From the human T2T-CHM13v2.0 reference genome, Homo sapiens, in NCBI RefSeq assembly GCF_009914755.1, contig NC_060928.1: 64,000 nt of DNA; one strand, written 5' to 3'. The translations under genes and the position numbers were made by a program. Numbering within the stretch: position 1 is the stretch's first letter; each line of letters opens with the position of its first letter. Shown here piece by piece: positions 60,049-64,000 of the stretch. Below the pieces are notes generated by a model that saw only the letters and a program-made list of their open reading frames with translations, was not told where the DNA came from and searched no databases.

Positions 60049-63000
60049 ATGACAACAGGATCAAATTCACACACAACTATATTAACCTTAAATGTAAATT
60101 GGCTAAATGCCCCAATTAAAAGACACAGACTGGCAAATTGGCTAAAGAGTCAAGACCTGACCTATCGGTGTGCTGTACTCAGGAGACGCAACTCATGTGC
60201 AAAGACACACAGAGGCTCAAAATAAAGGGATGGAGTAATATTTACCAAGCAAATGGAAAGCAAAAAAAAAGCAGGGGTTGCAATCCTAGTCTCTGCTAAA
60301 ACAGACATTAAACCAACAAAGATCAAAAAAGACAAAGAAGGGCATTACATAATGGTAAAGGGATCAATGCAACAAGAAGAGCTAACTATCCTAAATATAT
60401 ATGCACCCAATACAGGAAGACCCAGATTCATAAAGCAAATTCTTAGAGACCTACAAAGAGACTTAGACCCCCACACAATAATAGTGGGAGACTTTCACAC
60501 TGCACTGTCAATATTAGATGATCAACAAGACAGAAAATTAACAAGGACATCCAGGACATGAACTCACCTCTGGACAAAACAGACCTAATAGACATCTACA
60601 GATCACCCCAAATCAACAGAATATACATTCTTCGCAGCACCACATAGCACTTATTCTAAAATTGACTACATTATTGGGAGTAAAACGCTCCTCAGCAAAT
60701 GCAAAAGAATGTAAATCATAACAAACAGTCTCTCAGACCACAGTGCAATCAAGTTAGAACTCAGGATTAAGAAATTCACTCAAAACCACATAACTACGTG
60801 GAAACTGAACAACTTGCTCCTGACTGACTACTGAGTAAATAATGAAATTAAGGCAGAAATAAGTAAGTTATTTGAAACCAATAAGAACAAGGAGACAATG
60901 TACCAGAATCTGTGGGACACAGCTAAAGCAGCGTTAAGAGGGAAATGTATAGCACTAAATGCCCTCATCAGAAAGTGGGAAAGATGTAAAAGGGACACCC
61001 TAACATACCAATTAAAGGAACTAGAGAAGCAAGAGCAAACAAATTCAAAAGCTAGCAAAAGACAATAAATAAGATCAGAGCAGAACTGAAGGAGACAGAG
61101 ACATAGAAACCCCTTCAAAAAAATCAATGAATACAGGAGGTGTTTTTTGAAAAGATTAACAAAATACATTAACTGCTAGCCAGACTAATAAAGACGAAAA
61201 GAGAGCAGAATCAAATAGACACAATAAAAAATGATAAAGAGGATATCACCACTGATCCCAGAGAAATACAAACTACCAACAGAGAATACTATAAACACCT
61301 CTATGCAAATAAACTAGAAAGTCTAGAAGAAGTGGATAAATCCCTGGCTACATACACTCTCCCAAGATTAACCAAGAAGTAGTTGAATCCCTGAATAGAC
61401 CAATAACAAGTTCTGAAATTGAGGGAGTAATTAATAGCTTAGCAACCAAATAAAGCCCAGGACCAGACGGATTCACAGCCATATTCTACAAGAGGTACAA
61501 AGAGTAGCTGGTACCCTTCCTCTGAAACTATTCCAAACAACAGAAGTAGAGGGACTCCTCACTAACTCATTTTATGAGGCCAGCATCATCCTGATACTGA
61601 AACCTGGCAGAGACACAACAAAAAAAGAAAATTTCAGGACAATATCCCTGATGAACATCAATGCAAAAATCCTCAATAAAATACTGGCAAACTGAATCCA
61701 GCAGCACATCAAAAAGCTTATTCACCATGATCAAGTTGGCTTCATCCCTGGAATGTAAGGCTGTTTCAACATAAGCAAATCAATAAACGTAATCCATCAC
61801 ATAAACAGAACCAATGACAAAAACCACATGATTATCTCAATAGATGCAGAAAAGGCCTTCAAAAATTTCAACACCCCTTCATGCTAAAAACACTCAATAA
61901 ACTAGATACTGATGGAACATATCTCAAAATAATAAGAGCTATTTATGACAAACCCACAGCCAGTATTATACAGAATGGGCAAAAGCTGGGAGCATTTCCT
62001 TTGAAAACCGGCACAAGACAAGGATGCTCTCTCACACCACTCCTATTCAAAATAATATTGGAAGTTCGGCCAGGGCAATCAGGTAAGAGCAAGAAAAAAA
62101 AGGGTATTCAAATAAGAAGAGAGGAAGTCAAGTTATCTGTTTGCAGATGACATTATTGCATATTTAGAAAACCCCACTGTCTCAGCCTAAAAAAATCCTT
62201 AAGCTGATAAGCAACTTCAGCAAGGTCTCATGATACAAAATCAATGTGCAAAATCATGAGCGTTCCTATACACCAATAACAGACAAACAGAGAGCCAAAT
62301 CACAAGCAAACTCCCATTCACAATTGCTACAAAGATAATAAAATACCTAGGAATACAACTTACAAGGGATATGAAGGAACTCTTCAAGAAGAACTACAAA
62401 CCACTACTCAAGGAAATGAGAGAGGACACAAACAAATGGAAAAACATTCCATGCTCATGAATAGGAAGAATCAATATTGTGAAAATGGCCATACTGCCCA
62501 AAGTTATTTATAGATTCAATGCTATCCCCATCAAGCTACTACTGACTTTCTTCACAGAATTAGAAAAAACTACTTTAAATTTTATATGGAACCCAAAAGC
62601 CTGTATAGCCAAGATAACCCTAAACACAAAGAACATAAGCTGGAGGTGTCACGTTACCTGATTTCAAACTATACTACAAGGCTACAGTAACCAAAACAGC
62701 ATAGTACTGGTACCAAAACAGATATATAGACCAATGGAACAGAACAGAGGCCTCAGAAATAACACCACACATCTACAACTATCTGATCTTAGACAAACCT
62801 GACAAAAACAAGCAATGGGGAAAGGATTCCCTATTTAATAAATGGTGCTGGGATAACTGGCTAGCCATACGTCGAAGACAGAAATTGGACCCCTGCCTTA
62901 CACCTTATACAAAAATTAACTCAAAATGGATTAAAGACTTAAGTGTAAGACCTAAAACCATAAAAACCCTAGAAGAAAATCTAGGCAATACCATTCAGGA

Positions 63001-63891
63001 CACAGGCATGGGCAAAGACTTCATGACTAAAACACCAAAAGCAATGGCAACAAAAGCTAAAATTGACAAATGGGATCCAATTAAACTAAAGAGCTTCTGC
63101 ACAGCAAAAGAAACTATCATCAGAATGAACAGGCAACCTAGAAAATGGGAGAAAATTTTTGCAATCTATCCATCTGACAAAAGTCTAATACCCATCTGAC
63201 AAAAGTCTAATACCCAGAATTTACAAGGAATTTAAACAAATTTACAAGGAAGAAAAACAAACGACCTCATCCAAAAGTGGGTGAAGGATCTGAATAGGTA
63301 CTTCTCAGAAGAAGACATTTATGCAGCCAACAAACAGATGAAAAAAAGCTCATTATCACTGGTGATTAGAGAATTGCAAATCAAAACCACAATGAGATAC
63401 CATCTTATGCAAGTCAGAATGGCAATCATTAAAAAGTCAGGAAAGAACAGATGCTGGAGAGGATGTGGAGAAATAGGAATGCTTTTACACTGTTGGAGGG
63501 AGTGTAAATTAGTTCAACCATTGTGGAGGACACTGTGGCGATTCCTCAGGGATCTAGAAATAGAAATACCATTTGACCCAGCAATCCCATTACTGGGTAT
63601 ATACTCAAAGGATTATAAATTATTCTACTATAAAGACACATGCACACGTATGTTTATTGCAGCACTATTTAAATAGCAAAGACTTGGAACCAACCCAAAT
63701 GCCCACCAATGATAGACTGGATAAAGAAAAAGTGACACATATACACCATGGAATACTATGCAGCCATAAAAAAGAATGAGTTCATGTGTTTTGCAGGGAT
63801 ATGGATGAAGCTGGAAACCATCATTCTCAGCAAACTAATGCAGGAACAGAAAACCAAACACCGCATGTTCTCACTCATAAGTGGGAGTTGA
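60049..63891 (+). pseudogene. L1 ORF2p (endonuclease/reverse transcriptase), disrupted
   Basis: Fragments: KKAGVAILVS...ILNIYAPNTG...IIVGDFHT (EN), LKTLNKL...[11 protein letters not shown] (RT), [25 protein letters not shown] (CCHC). Many stops and frameshifts. Confidence 0.92.
63170..63213 (+). repeat. Perfect 22-bp tandem duplication in L1 ORF2
   Basis: ccatctgacaaaagtctaatac occurs twice in tandem. Confidence 0.95.
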
Positions 63892-64000
63892 ACAATGAAA
63901 ACACATAGACACAGGGAGGGGAACATCACACACCAGAGCCTGTTGGGGGGTGGGGGTCAAGGGGAGAAATAGCATTAGGACAAATACCTAATGCATGCGG

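Larger units (their letters stand above)
57637..64000 (+). mobile_element. Full-length primate LINE-1 (L1PA7/L1PA8-type), continuing past the window end
   Basis: 5'UTR begins ggcaagatggccaaataggaaca...ggtgatttctgcatttccaactgag. ORF1, ORF2 and 3'UTR (gcattaggacaaatacctaatgcatgcgg) follow in order. Confidence 0.95.

Noticed and set aside
63944-63964. G-quadruplex in the L1 3'UTR
   Set aside because: Only three closely spaced G-runs remain, and it is a generic L1 feature.

Overview
This is AT-rich, CpG-poor primate (most likely human) intergenic or deep-intronic DNA. I can support no protein-coding gene, RNA gene, CpG island or CRISPR array. The listed ORFs are decayed transposon reading frames (L1 ORF2, Tigger1 transposase, MaLR internal ORF, Alu-derived frames, a GAA microsatellite) or chance ORFs in AT-rich DNA. 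The window is a layered fossil record of mobile DNA. It holds ancient L2/MIR/L1M fragments and a possible CR1/L3 relic, hAT and Tigger MITEs, and ERVL/MaLR LTRs (MLT2, MER21A, THE1C/D, MLT1, MST). Larger intact elements are a complete two-LTR THE1 provirus with a perfect 5-bp TSD, a full-length Tigger1 carrying two Alus, and a full-length but inactivated L1PA7/8-type LINE running off the right edge. There are about 12 Alus or Alu fragments. I did not find a new biological system. The most notable details are small: a 153-bp pure-purine GAA tract, DUX4-type motifs in three MaLR LTRs, templated-insertion and duplication scars, a Tigger1 flanked by CA rather than TA, a close inverted Alu pair and a palindromic Alu tail. 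Subfamily names come from my recollection of consensus sequences and need RepeatMasker/Dfam confirmation. Boundaries of old elements are approximate.
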